Source of the DNA: Candidatus Poribacteria bacterium
Lineage (GTDB): Bacteria > Poribacteria > WGA-4E > WGA-3G
Assembly (NCBI GenBank): GCA_964291315.2
Contig: OZ219752.1
Span: forward strand, 32,001 to 96,000
DNA length: 64,000 bases
Reading direction: 5' to 3'
The position numbers and the translations under genes are program-made. Shown piece after piece: positions 17,907 through 27,353 of the stretch; within the stretch, counting starts at the first letter, position 1, and each line of letters opens with the position of its first letter. A model generated the notes under the pieces. It saw only the letters and a list, made by a program, of their open reading frames with translations, was not told the origin of the DNA and ran no database searches.

Positions 17907-19772
17907 GTGGTGCAGAAATTTCCTTATTACACAGTTGCAACGGTAGCACTCGTATCGTGCTACCTCACCGTTTGGCAGGCTCCAGATGGATACTGCCAGG
18001 AAGTTGGCGATGCAGACATTAGCAAACAGATTCGCACCTATAAGGCAGCACTAGCTACTGGCAGTTTCCAGATTCAGACTCAACTGCATCTGGCAAAGGC
18101 TTACCTCCAGATTGAGGCTTACAAGGAAGCCATTGAGGTGTGTCAACAGGCGATAACAACCTTAGACGAGGTTAGGGAACGCACAAATATCGTTAACGCC
18201 TCTGGAATGCTAGCAGAGGCTTATTACGGTTTGGGGCTTGCATATACCGGGCTTGAGAGGTTTGAAGATGCTATGTCTGCATATCAGCGCTCAATTGCAT
18301 ATGAACCTGATTCGGCGTATAGCCACGCGGCTTTGGCGAGTGTCTACACGAATACATATCGTTACACCGAAGCCCTTGATGTTTACAAGACTGCGGTTAA
18401 ACTGGAACCGACCGATGAAATGATTCAGCACCAACTTGGGAATGTCTACAGTAAACGCGGAGATAACGCTGCAGCGATGCACCATCAAAAATCTGCGCTT
18501 GCTGTCGCCCCCGAATTCGCAGACGCTCACTATCAGCTCGGAATTCTCTATGCCCGAGAAAAGCGGTGGACTGAGGCTATTGCGTCATATCAGACGGCAT
18601 ATTCACACGATGCGACACTAGTTGAGGCACTTTATAACCTTGCACAAGCCTATTTTCGTACTGGAGATATGGTAGCCGCACGCGAGCAGATGGCACTTTT
18701 TGAGAAACGGAAAGCGGCATTGACTCCGCTGTACCAGTTACGCGGGGCCTTGCAACGGACCCAGAACACAAAAAATCGAGCTCAGATCCTTGCTAATATC
18801 GGTAGACTCTATCTGAAAAACGGACTCTATGAAAAAGCCGTTTGGGAATACGAGAAGGCAGTCGGAATGGACGCAGAACTCGCACCTGCGTACAATGGTC
18901 TCGGTATTGCCTATACAATGCTTCAGAGATACGCTAAAGCGGTGGCAGCACAACAAAAAGCCTTGAAACTTCAACCAGATTTTGTGGAGGCGCATGCAGG
19001 AATCGGCTTGGTATATTTCATGCAGAATAAGGCAGCACTTGCACTAGAGCATTACCAGCACGCAGTTGCAATGGATCCAGAATTTTTAGAGGCACACCTG
19101 AAGATTGGGATTATTCTGCTGAATCAGAAACGCTATGCAGCAGCGGCCGATACCTATAAAACAGCCTTAGTGATAGCACCCGGCAATGCTGAAATATATC
19201 ATAACCTGGGTTTGTGTTATGCCCAGCAAACAAAAACGGCTAAAGACGACACCGAACAACTACTGGAGACTCCATCCACTATGGATCTGACGACTGCGGC
19301 ATTAGCGGCACTTGAAAAAGCGGTCGAACTTTCGTTAGCGGGTACGGATGCTCCGGAGCAAGCCGACCTATCCTCGGGACACCCGCCGTTTTTGACAGAA
19401 ACCTACTACCTTATTGGTGACATTCAAGCAAAAAAAGGGGATTTCAAGGCAGCGAAGGCAGCTTACCTTGCATCCGGTTTATCAAAGGCATATCACGCCC
19501 TGGCACGCCTAAGTGCGAAACGCGCAATAGCAACTAAAAAAAACAACGAACAAAGGGTTACATTGGAAGCAGCTCAACATTATGCACACGAGGCCACACG
19601 GTTAGATCCAAACGTAGCGAGTTATTACAATACGCTTGCCCTTATCGAGTTTCGAAGTGGAGATTATCTACAGGCAGAGCAGGCAATCCGAAAGGCGTTG
19701 GAACTTGATCCTGAAAACTCTAATTATCGACAAGGCCTCAAGCAGATTTCTAGTAAATTGGGCAGTGAGTAA
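17907..19772 (+). CDS. Tetratricopeptide repeat protein
   Basis: Many TPR units such as AEAYYGLGLAY, ADAHYQLG and APAYNGLG. Confidence 0.9.
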   Translation: MVQKFPYYTVATVALVSCYLTVWQAPDGYCQEVGDADISKQIRTYKAALATGSFQIQTQLHLAKAYLQIEAYKEAIEVCQQAITTLDEVRERTNIVNASGMLAEAYYGLGLAYTGLERFEDAMSAYQRSIAYEPDSAYSHAALASVYTNTYRYTEALDVYKTAVKLEPTDEMIQHQLGNVYSKRGDNAAAMHHQKSALAVAPEFADAHYQLGILYAREKRWTEAIASYQTAYSHDATLVEALYNLAQAYFRTGDMVAAREQMALFEKRKAALTPLYQLRGALQRTQNTKNRAQILANIGRLYLKNGLYEKAVWEYEKAVGMDAELAPAYNGLGIAYTMLQRYAKAVAAQQKALKLQPDFVEAHAGIGLVYFMQNKAALALEHYQHAVAMDPEFLEAHLKIGIILLNQKRYAAAADTYKTALVIAPGNAEIYHNLGLCYAQQTKTAKDDTEQLLETPSTMDLTTAALAALEKAVELSLAGTDAPEQADLSSGHPPFLTETYYLIGDIQAKKGDFKAAKAAYLASGLSKAYHALARLSAKRAIATKKNNEQRVTLEAAQHYAHEATRLDPNVASYYNTLALIEFRSGDYLQAEQAIRKALELDPENSNYRQGLKQISSKLGSE

Positions 19773-19828
19773 ATACGTATTTATAAAAAACAGAAGCATT
19801 TACAAAAAACAGAATGGAAAGGATTAGC

Positions 19829-21274
19829 ATGGCATACGCAAGCCTTGAAGAGTTTGTGAAAGTCTTGAACCGGGCAGGCGAACTCAAACGCATTAAAACG
19901 CCTGTATCTCCGGACTTAGAAATTAGTGAAATCACCGACCGCGTGAGTAAAGCGGGCGGCCCTGCCCTTCTATTTGAAAACGTTGAAGGCAGCCGGATGC
20001 CGCTACTCATCAACACCTACGGTTCGGCTGACCGGATGGCGCTGGCATTTGGTGTTGATAACCTTTCGCAGATTGCCTCCGAAATTGAGGCGCTGCTTAA
20101 ACTAGAAGCTCCGGATTCGCTGCTTGATAAGGTAAGAATTCTCCGATTCGTGTCCCAATTGGCGAATTTCCCGCCAAAAACCGTTAAACGCGGCGCGTCT
20201 CAAGAGATCGTCTTGACGGATGAAGACGCATCTTTGGATGCCTTGCCGCTCATCAAATGCTGGCCTCTTGATGCAGACAAATATATCACCTTACCGCAAG
20301 TTTTCACGCATAGCTTAAAGACCGGCCAACGAAATGTCGGTACGTATCGTTTACAGAAAATAACCCCGTACACCTTAGCGATGCATTGGCAAATCCACCA
20401 TGACGGTGCTGCACATTATCGGGAGTATCAACAGGTCGGCCAACAGATGCCTGTTGCGATTGCACTTGGCGGGGATCCAGTCATGTCTTATATTGGCACC
20501 GCCCCCCTCCCTTCCGGGATTGATGAATTGCTCTTTGCCGGTTTTCTTCGAAAATCGAACGTACAGATGGTGCCAGCTAAGACGGTTGATATGCTCGTGC
20601 CCGCGGATGCAGACATTGTGATTGAAGGTTACATTGAGCCGGGTGAGACTTGCATAGAGGGGCCCTTCGGAGACCATACGGGCTTCTATTCGTTGGCGGA
20701 TGAATACCCGTTGCTCCACATCACAGCAATCACACACCGTAAAAATCCGATCTACCAGACAATCATCGTCGGTAAACCACCGATGGAAGACTGCTATATG
20801 GGAAAGGCGACTGAACGCATCTTCATGCCGCTAATTAAAACGCAGCTCCCTGAACTAGTGGATATGAACCTGCCTTTGTTCGGGGTATTCCACAATTTTG
20901 CCCTGATTTCTATTGATAAACGATATCCGTATCACGCGAAAAAGATGATGCACAGCTTGTGGGGACTTGGACAGCTGATGTTTAGTAAGATGATCATCGT
21001 TGTCGATAAGGAGGTTGATGTCCAAAACGTAGAAGAGGTGCTTTTCTATGTCGGGAGCAATGTAGATCCGAAACGAGATGTAACAATCGTTGAAGGTCCT
21101 GTCGATGTGTTGGATCACGCCGCACCGCTTATGGGTGCTGGTTCAAAAATGGGCATTGATGCAACAACGAAATGGCCCGAAGAAGGATATCAACGCGAAT
21201 GGCCCGAGGAGATTCGAATGTCTGATGAGGTAATTGCGTTGGTAAGTAAAAAGTGGAAAAAATACGGATTTTGA
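19829..21274 (+). CDS. UbiD-family decarboxylase (menaquinone futalosine-pathway type probable)
   Basis: GGPALLFENV, NVGTYR, EGPFGDHTGFY, LDHA and KMGIDAT motifs. Confidence 0.9.
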   Translation: MAYASLEEFVKVLNRAGELKRIKTPVSPDLEISEITDRVSKAGGPALLFENVEGSRMPLLINTYGSADRMALAFGVDNLSQIASEIEALLKLEAPDSLLDKVRILRFVSQLANFPPKTVKRGASQEIVLTDEDASLDALPLIKCWPLDADKYITLPQVFTHSLKTGQRNVGTYRLQKITPYTLAMHWQIHHDGAAHYREYQQVGQQMPVAIALGGDPVMSYIGTAPLPSGIDELLFAGFLRKSNVQMVPAKTVDMLVPADADIVIEGYIEPGETCIEGPFGDHTGFYSLADEYPLLHITAITHRKNPIYQTIIVGKPPMEDCYMGKATERIFMPLIKTQLPELVDMNLPLFGVFHNFALISIDKRYPYHAKKMMHSLWGLGQLMFSKMIIVVDKEVDVQNVEEVLFYVGSNVDPKRDVTIVEGPVDVLDHAAPLMGAGSKMGIDATTKWPEEGYQREWPEEIRMSDEVIALVSKKWKKYGF

Positions 21275-21292
21275 GAGATTAGGAGAAAAACG

Positions 21293-22366
21293 ATGACAAA
21301 CGCGATTTACGATGTTGCAGTAATCGGCGCAGGACCCGCAGGGGCACAAGCAGCTGTTTCGGCGAGCCATCAGATGCGACATGTTTTGGTGATTCATTCT
21401 GGAAAGGTCAGCTTTAGCCGCGGGCGGGCTTATTGGTCCAAGTCAGTGGAGATCGAAGATGCCCCAGTGTTCCCCGGTATCATCGGCCCCAATTTTTCAA
21501 AAGAACTCATGCGGTGGATGCAGAGCAGACCGGTTATCGACTTCATGATCGGTGATGAAAAGCGCAAAACCGGTATCGACATCCGCGATGGGTTAGTCAT
21601 GAAACTCAAAAAAACGCACGACGGCTTGTTTGAAATCGAAGCATCCACGAAAACACGCAAGCGCGGCACGGATTTAGAGGTAGAGCACTTTAAAGCCCGG
21701 ACAGTTGTCGTCGCTGCTGGGTTTGATGATAAGTGGCCCGATATCGAGGTTGACCCAGGCACAGAACGGCTATATAAACAATACGCTACCGTCTTCCGTT
21801 ATGCAGGCAACCGCAAAGGATGGCACGTCTGCATCCGTTGTGATGGACATTTGCACGTCAACGAACCCCTTGCTCTCCTCGGGGTTGGTGACTACATCTA
21901 TGAGGCAGCAATCGGCGCACAGGATTTTACCGATAAAATTACAATCCTAACGAACGGCAGACCCCACGGTATGTCGCCACCTGTGTTGGAACAGATCCGA
22001 GAACGTAAAATCAACATCGTTGAAACAAAAATCAGACGACACATCGGTGAAAAAACAGACCTTTTGGGATTTGAAATGAGTGACGGTACCGAATTGTTCT
22101 TCCACGGATTCCTCGTCGATGAAGGATTAATTCCGAACACAAAATTTCTTGAAGAGTGGGATTATCAGAAAGACGAGGAAGGTTTGATTGTCGCAAACGA
22201 GGACATGCAAATGCTGGATAGCAAAGGAAAACCCATCCCAGGACTCTTCGCGGCAGGCGACATTATATCCGGCTCACGAAACCTTATCGCAACCGCATTT
22301 GCCCTCGGACAAGAGGCTGGCTTGTCAGCCTCGGACTCTTTGCGTCGATGGCATTTCCCGGGTTAG
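21293..22366 (+). CDS. FAD-dependent thioredoxin-reductase-like oxidoreductase
   Basis: VIGAGPAG, CIRCDG redox motif and GLFAAGD. Confidence 0.8.
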   Translation: MTNAIYDVAVIGAGPAGAQAAVSASHQMRHVLVIHSGKVSFSRGRAYWSKSVEIEDAPVFPGIIGPNFSKELMRWMQSRPVIDFMIGDEKRKTGIDIRDGLVMKLKKTHDGLFEIEASTKTRKRGTDLEVEHFKARTVVVAAGFDDKWPDIEVDPGTERLYKQYATVFRYAGNRKGWHVCIRCDGHLHVNEPLALLGVGDYIYEAAIGAQDFTDKITILTNGRPHGMSPPVLEQIRERKINIVETKIRRHIGEKTDLLGFEMSDGTELFFHGFLVDEGLIPNTKFLEEWDYQKDEEGLIVANEDMQMLDSKGKPIPGLFAAGDIISGSRNLIATAFALGQEAGLSASDSLRRWHFPG

Positions 22367-22382
22367 GAGGAAAATGGGTTAA

Positions 22383-25277
22383 ATGCAAGACAAAAAAAAA
22401 GAAACGTTCTATATTATTGATACACATGCCGAGATATTCCGAGCGTATTACGCCATCCGCAGCGGGTTAACGAGTAGCATCACTGGCGAAGCAACACACG
22501 CTGTATTCGGTTTCACCGGAACGTTGATCAGAATTTTATCGCAACTTAAGCCGAAATACCTCGTCGCTGCGATAGATACCCCAGGGAAAACGTTTCGCAA
22601 TAACCTTTATGCAGAATATAAAGCAAACCGCTCCACCCCACCTAATGACCTCGTGACACAGATTCACCGCATTTTACAATTGCTTGACGCATTCGGGATA
22701 TTAACACTAGGTGCGCCAGACCTAGAAGCAGACGACATTATAGCCTCTGTTATAGAGACAGTACTCAGAAACCCAGAGACAGACAACGTAGATGTCACTA
22801 TTGTCTCCAGAGATAAGGACCTAGAGCAACTTCTCTGTGAACAGGTAGCGATGTTAGATATTCAGAAGGATAAGATTATAGACGTTAGAGCGTTGTGGGA
22901 CGCGAAAGGTATAAAACCGTCTCAAGTTGTTGATGTGCTTGCATTGATGGGAGACACTTCCGATAACGTCCCCGGTGTTGAAAAAATAGGTTTGAAAACA
23001 GCAGCTCGATTGATTAATGAGTACGGTTCCATTGACGGCATTTTTGAAAATATTAATAAAATAAGAGGGAAACGTCGTGAGAATCTGGAGAAGGCACGTT
23101 CACAAATTGCCATCGCCCAACAACTTGTGACATTGAAGCGCGACGCAAGTCTAGATTTCTCACTAGAGAAGGCTCGTGTCAAACCACTTGATCTCCAGAA
23201 AATTCTCCCACTTTTCGAGGAACTAGAGCTTAAACGTTATCAACAGATCGTAGCAGAGCTCGCTAGCGGTGATGCTGAGTCGGAGGGTTCGACAATCTCT
23301 CAACCTACAACGCGCAAGGAACGTGTTGCGGCTTTAGCGCGAAAGACAGATGCTATTCTGAATAAAGGCGACTACGATACCGCAGAAACCGGAGACTATT
23401 CGACAATTGTTACACACACCCAATTGAAAGAACTTGTTGAGACGCTCTCGGCACAAGAAATGATCAGTTTTGATACTGAAACAGACGGCTTAGAGCGTGA
23501 GTCAACACTTTGCGGTCTGAGTTTTTCGTGGAAACCAAAGCACGGGGTCTATGTTCCTATTCGTTCACCTCAGCCTGAAAGTCATCTTACTGCCGATATT
23601 GTGCTTTCTAAACTCAAGCCTGTTTTGGAAGATCCGGACCTTGCTAAATGTGGACATAATCTAAAATTCGACGCAGGTATCCTCATCCGAAACGGGATTA
23701 AGCTTCAAGGCGCTGTCTTCGATACGCTGTTGGCGAGCCAATTGGTTGATGCCCGGATCCCTTCACATAATCTCGATACGTTGGCGCTCCTTTATTTAAA
23801 TCACAAAATGATCTCTTTTAAAGAGTTAATAGCGGTTGGAAACGATGCACTCCCTGACAAAAACAGCGACGGAATGAACGCGTTAGGAGCCGCCTTTGAA
23901 GCAGATGCAGAATCACATAGATCCATTGATGAGATCTCGTTAGAGAAAGCGACAATCTACGCCGCAGAAGACGCAGACATCGCACTAAGACTTTATCATT
24001 TCCTAACCCCCAAATTAGCAGAGATGGACATTACTGCCCTGGTGCAAGATATAGAATCCCCGCTCGCTCCCGTTCTTGCTGAGATGGAATATAACGGTAT
24101 CTTCTGTGATACAGAGGAGCTCAAACATCAAAGCAATGTGATTAGCAAACTTGTTGATGATCGGCAAACAGAAATTCATGAAATCGTCGGATATCGGTGT
24201 AATATAGATTCTCCGAAGCAGCTGGCGCAGGTGTTGTTTGAAAATCTCGGTTTCAAACCGGTAAAACGGACACCGGGTGGCAAAGTTTCGACGGATGTGA
24301 CGGTTTTAGAGAAGCTCTCTCTGAGAGAAGATATCAACGATCTGAAAACGAGCGTACCGCGCTTAATCATCGAATACCGTCAATTCCGCAAGTTACAGAG
24401 CACCTATTTAGCGCAGCTTCAGGCGGCAGTCGACCCGAAAACCCGCCGTATTCACACACATCTCTATCAATTAACAACAGCCACAGGGCGTTTGAATTCC
24501 GATCGCCCGAACTTACAGAACATTCCGGTCCGCACAGAAATTGGACGCCAGCTGCGGCGCGCTTTTAGATCGCCTGAAGGACACAAATTAATCTGTGCCG
24601 ATTATTCGCAGATTGAGCTCCGCATTCTTGCACACTTTAGCGAAGATGAGAGACTCATTGAAACATTCACCCGGGACTTAGATATTCACACAGCAGTCGC
24701 CTCGCAAGTGTTTGGGGTGCCGGATGCAACAGTTACGCGGGAGCTGCGGGATAAGGCAAAGACTATCAATTTTGGTATTATCTACGGAGTTTCCGCGACC
24801 GGGCTCTCGCGCCGCATTAGAGGGATGAGTGTAAAGGAGGCAGCAGAACTCATAGCCGACTATAAGGCACGTTTTCCCGGGATAGAGCGTTTTCTGCGGC
24901 AGTGTATTCAGCAAGCATCCGATCATGGGTATGTTAGGACGCTCACAGGCAGGCGCCGCGCTATTCCTGAAATTTATGCCTCTAACCAAAGACAGCGGAG
25001 TCTCGGCGAACGGTTGGCAATCAATACGGTGGTTCAAGGTTCAGCTGCAGACCTGATGAAGGCAGCGATGGTCCGCGTCCAGCGCCGAATCGATAGCGAT
25101 AAGTTGCAGCTGAAAATGCTCTTACAGATTCATGATGAGTTGGTGCTTGAAACACCAGATGCGCTTGCAGAAGTACATGCGGAGATCGTCTGTGAGGAAA
25201 TGGAAAACGCTATGTCTATTCGCGTACCGCTTCGGACAGAGGTAAGTATTGGCGATAATTGGCTGACAGCGAAATGA
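22383..25277 (+). CDS. polA: DNA polymerase I
   Basis: 5'-3' exonuclease (EADD, GDTSDNVPGV), 3'-5' exonuclease (FDTET), and polymerase motifs DYSQIELR, KTINFGIIYG and QIHDEL. Confidence 0.97.
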   Translation: MQDKKKETFYIIDTHAEIFRAYYAIRSGLTSSITGEATHAVFGFTGTLIRILSQLKPKYLVAAIDTPGKTFRNNLYAEYKANRSTPPNDLVTQIHRILQLLDAFGILTLGAPDLEADDIIASVIETVLRNPETDNVDVTIVSRDKDLEQLLCEQVAMLDIQKDKIIDVRALWDAKGIKPSQVVDVLALMGDTSDNVPGVEKIGLKTAARLINEYGSIDGIFENINKIRGKRRENLEKARSQIAIAQQLVTLKRDASLDFSLEKARVKPLDLQKILPLFEELELKRYQQIVAELASGDAESEGSTISQPTTRKERVAALARKTDAILNKGDYDTAETGDYSTIVTHTQLKELVETLSAQEMISFDTETDGLERESTLCGLSFSWKPKHGVYVPIRSPQPESHLTADIVLSKLKPVLEDPDLAKCGHNLKFDAGILIRNGIKLQGAVFDTLLASQLVDARIPSHNLDTLALLYLNHKMISFKELIAVGNDALPDKNSDGMNALGAAFEADAESHRSIDEISLEKATIYAAEDADIALRLYHFLTPKLAEMDITALVQDIESPLAPVLAEMEYNGIFCDTEELKHQSNVISKLVDDRQTEIHEIVGYRCNIDSPKQLAQVLFENLGFKPVKRTPGGKVSTDVTVLEKLSLREDINDLKTSVPRLIIEYRQFRKLQSTYLAQLQAAVDPKTRRIHTHLYQLTTATGRLNSDRPNLQNIPVRTEIGRQLRRAFRSPEGHKLICADYSQIELRILAHFSEDERLIETFTRDLDIHTAVASQVFGVPDATVTRELRDKAKTINFGIIYGVSATGLSRRIRGMSVKEAAELIADYKARFPGIERFLRQCIQQASDHGYVRTLTGRRRAIPEIYASNQRQRSLGERLAINTVVQGSAADLMKAAMVRVQRRIDSDKLQLKMLLQIHDELVLETPDALAEVHAEIVCEEMENAMSIRVPLRTEVSIGDNWLTAK

Positions 25278-25303
25278 TAATTCCTACAATTAAATTATTA
25301 AAC

Positions 25304-25332
25304 TTGACAAAGCAAAGTAATTATGATATAAT
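25304..25332 (+). promoter_or_regulatory. Consensus sigma70 promoter with extended -10
   Basis: TTGACA-17 bp-TATAAT, with TG two bases before the -10 box. Confidence 0.75.
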
Positions 25333-25672
25333 TTAACTTAACGTAAATTTAAGGGAAATGTGATAGTGTCCGCTGGCAAATTTACGAGTAGTGTTTTGAC
25401 AGTTTTACGATTTGGAACCGGAAGCATTCTCATTATGCAATGTGTCGGGACTCCAACAAGAGATTGATAAGAGTTACTTTTTGCCAATCTTTCCTACGCT
25501 TGCTGCCAAATTTCTGCCTTTGAAAATGCTGACAGTGCTCAGTTTTCTCATTTTCCCGTACTTTCACCCCTTTTGGGTCTTTATGAAAGATGGCTGTGGA
25601 GGCGTGTAGATGCCCCAGCCGTGTACATAATACCAAATTAGGGTACATATAATTTCTACAAGGAGAAACGAG

Positions 25673-25954
25673 ATGAATATCTACGTTGGCAACGTGCCTT
25701 ATACGGCGACGGAAGAGGACCTCGAAGGACTCTTTAGAGAGTATGGTCCGGTTGCTACGGCTACAATTATCCGGGACCGGTACGATGGTCGTTCCAAGGG
25801 ATTTGGCTTCGTTGAAATGGAAAACCAAGAAGATGGTCAACGAGCGATAGAAGCGTTGGATGGTCAAGATATGATGGGACGTCCATTGAAAGTTAACCCG
25901 GCACGTCCTCGCGAGCAACGCCGTGAGCGTCAGTATAACGACACGGGGATGTAA
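25673..25954 (+). CDS. RRM RNA-binding protein
   Basis: RNP2 IYVGNV and RNP1 KGFGFVEM; AAGGAG RBS. Confidence 0.95.
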   Translation: MNIYVGNVPYTATEEDLEGLFREYGPVATATIIRDRYDGRSKGFGFVEMENQEDGQRAIEALDGQDMMGRPLKVNPARPREQRRERQYNDTGM

Positions 25955-26019
25955 TCCCCGTCGCAATGTCTTCTTTGTGAAGACACCTTTTGCTTGCTGC
26001 AGTGCAGCTTGCAAATTTC

Positions 26020-26074
26020 TGCCCTAGTTTGAGATCTGTTTAGCTTTACACAGATCCCAAACTAGGGCATTTTT
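26020..26074 (+). terminator. Rho-independent terminator
   Basis: TGCCCTAGTTTGAGATCTGT / ACAGATCCCAAACTAGGGCA stem followed by TTTTT. Confidence 0.8.
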
Positions 26075-26149
26075 GTTGTGCTAAAAGAGGGCTATTAGGA
26101 AATCAGTAAGAAAACAACCTACCCTCTCAGCTTTTCTGCCCGGATCCGA

Positions 26150-26923
26150 TTAATCTTGCTGCTTAAGCATTCCCCAGGCGACAGCGATCTTCCCCGCAGG
26201 TTCTACTGCGACACCGAACACCTGTAAGCCATTATTCATAATGTCAGCAATATCGTCATCCGACAAAGGTGCATGGAAAAGACCGACTTCGTCGATCGCG
26301 CCAGTGAACCAATTGCCAGTAGCATCCCAAATACCACAGCCTCCAATATTCACGTTGAAGTCAGATCTACCGTGATCCGACCAGCTGCCGTTTTGCATCG
26401 TGGCCTCTCCGTCCACGTAGACCTTGGTATATTCTCCGGTAGCAACAGCAGCAACATGGTGCCACTCACCCGCCGGATGCGGATATGGATTCTCAGTGCC
26501 GCCAGCACTTGGAGTCCACAACATGATCGTGTTGGGATTAATAAAACCGAATTCGGGTGAGTCGTTTTGTCCTATAATTCCGACGCGATTCTCGGTAATG
26601 TTCCCTGGCTTCACCCAAGCAACGACAGTGAACTCACGTCGACCATTAAGAAGCTGCTGCCCTGTACTGACACAGTTGCCTCCACCATCAAAAGCCAAAG
26701 CACCACCGAAACGCCCATCAACCCAAACTGGAGCATTGGCAATCGTCCCGTGATTCTCATTACCTGACGAATCCATCGCCATGCCACCTGTCCCATCATC
26801 AAACAACCAAATACCTACAACACTACCAGGATCAATCGCGGCACTACTGCTGTTGACAGCAAAGAGACTGACAACCATCAGTCCGAGACTAAACAGAATA
26901 ACTGTTAAAGTATTAAATTTCAC
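26150..26923 (-). CDS. Secreted LamG-like jellyroll protein with WG-K tail
   Basis: WLFDDGTG...DSSGNENHG...GEWHHVAAV...FTGAIDEV; ends AVEPAGKIAVAWGMLKQQD. Confidence 0.88.
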   Translation of the reverse strand: MKFNTLTVILFSLGLMVVSLFAVNSSSAAIDPGSVVGIWLFDDGTGGMAMDSSGNENHGTIANAPVWVDGRFGGALAFDGGGNCVSTGQQLLNGRREFTVVAWVKPGNITENRVGIIGQNDSPEFGFINPNTIMLWTPSAGGTENPYPHPAGEWHHVAAVATGEYTKVYVDGEATMQNGSWSDHGRSDFNVNIGGCGIWDATGNWFTGAIDEVGLFHAPLSDDDIADIMNNGLQVFGVAVEPAGKIAVAWGMLKQQD

Positions 26924-27353
26924 TTGAATTCCTCTCGCTTTCTTTAAAGATTTACCGCCCCAAGAGGCAGGTTTGTTTTTTTTTGCCTATTCCGCTGTTT
27001 CTGAAGTCCTCGGAACACGTTGAACATTTGACACTTTTCGCAGCGTTACCAGAAATAGCAGATTAAATATATTTTGACACATTTTACATTAAAATGCAAG
27101 TTTTTTCTCAATCACTCTTTTATTCAGATAACGTGAGCTTCAAAAAAGAGGGGTCAGCACTTTTATACCATCATGCAAGCAACTTGTACCATAGACTGAT
27201 AGCGTTGCCTCCATAGCACAATTTCCCCGTTCGAAGGGATAGCCTTTTTTCAGCTGCAATAACTTATCTGGCCCAACCTCCGAAAAACAGTGTTGAAGGT
27301 TATTAAGAAATTGTGTATAATGTGTGAAAACCAACGAATAGGAAAAAACGTCC

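Noticed and set aside
25433-26014. 193-aa minus-strand ORF
   Set aside because: It is antisense to the well-supported RRM gene and has no recognisable motifs.
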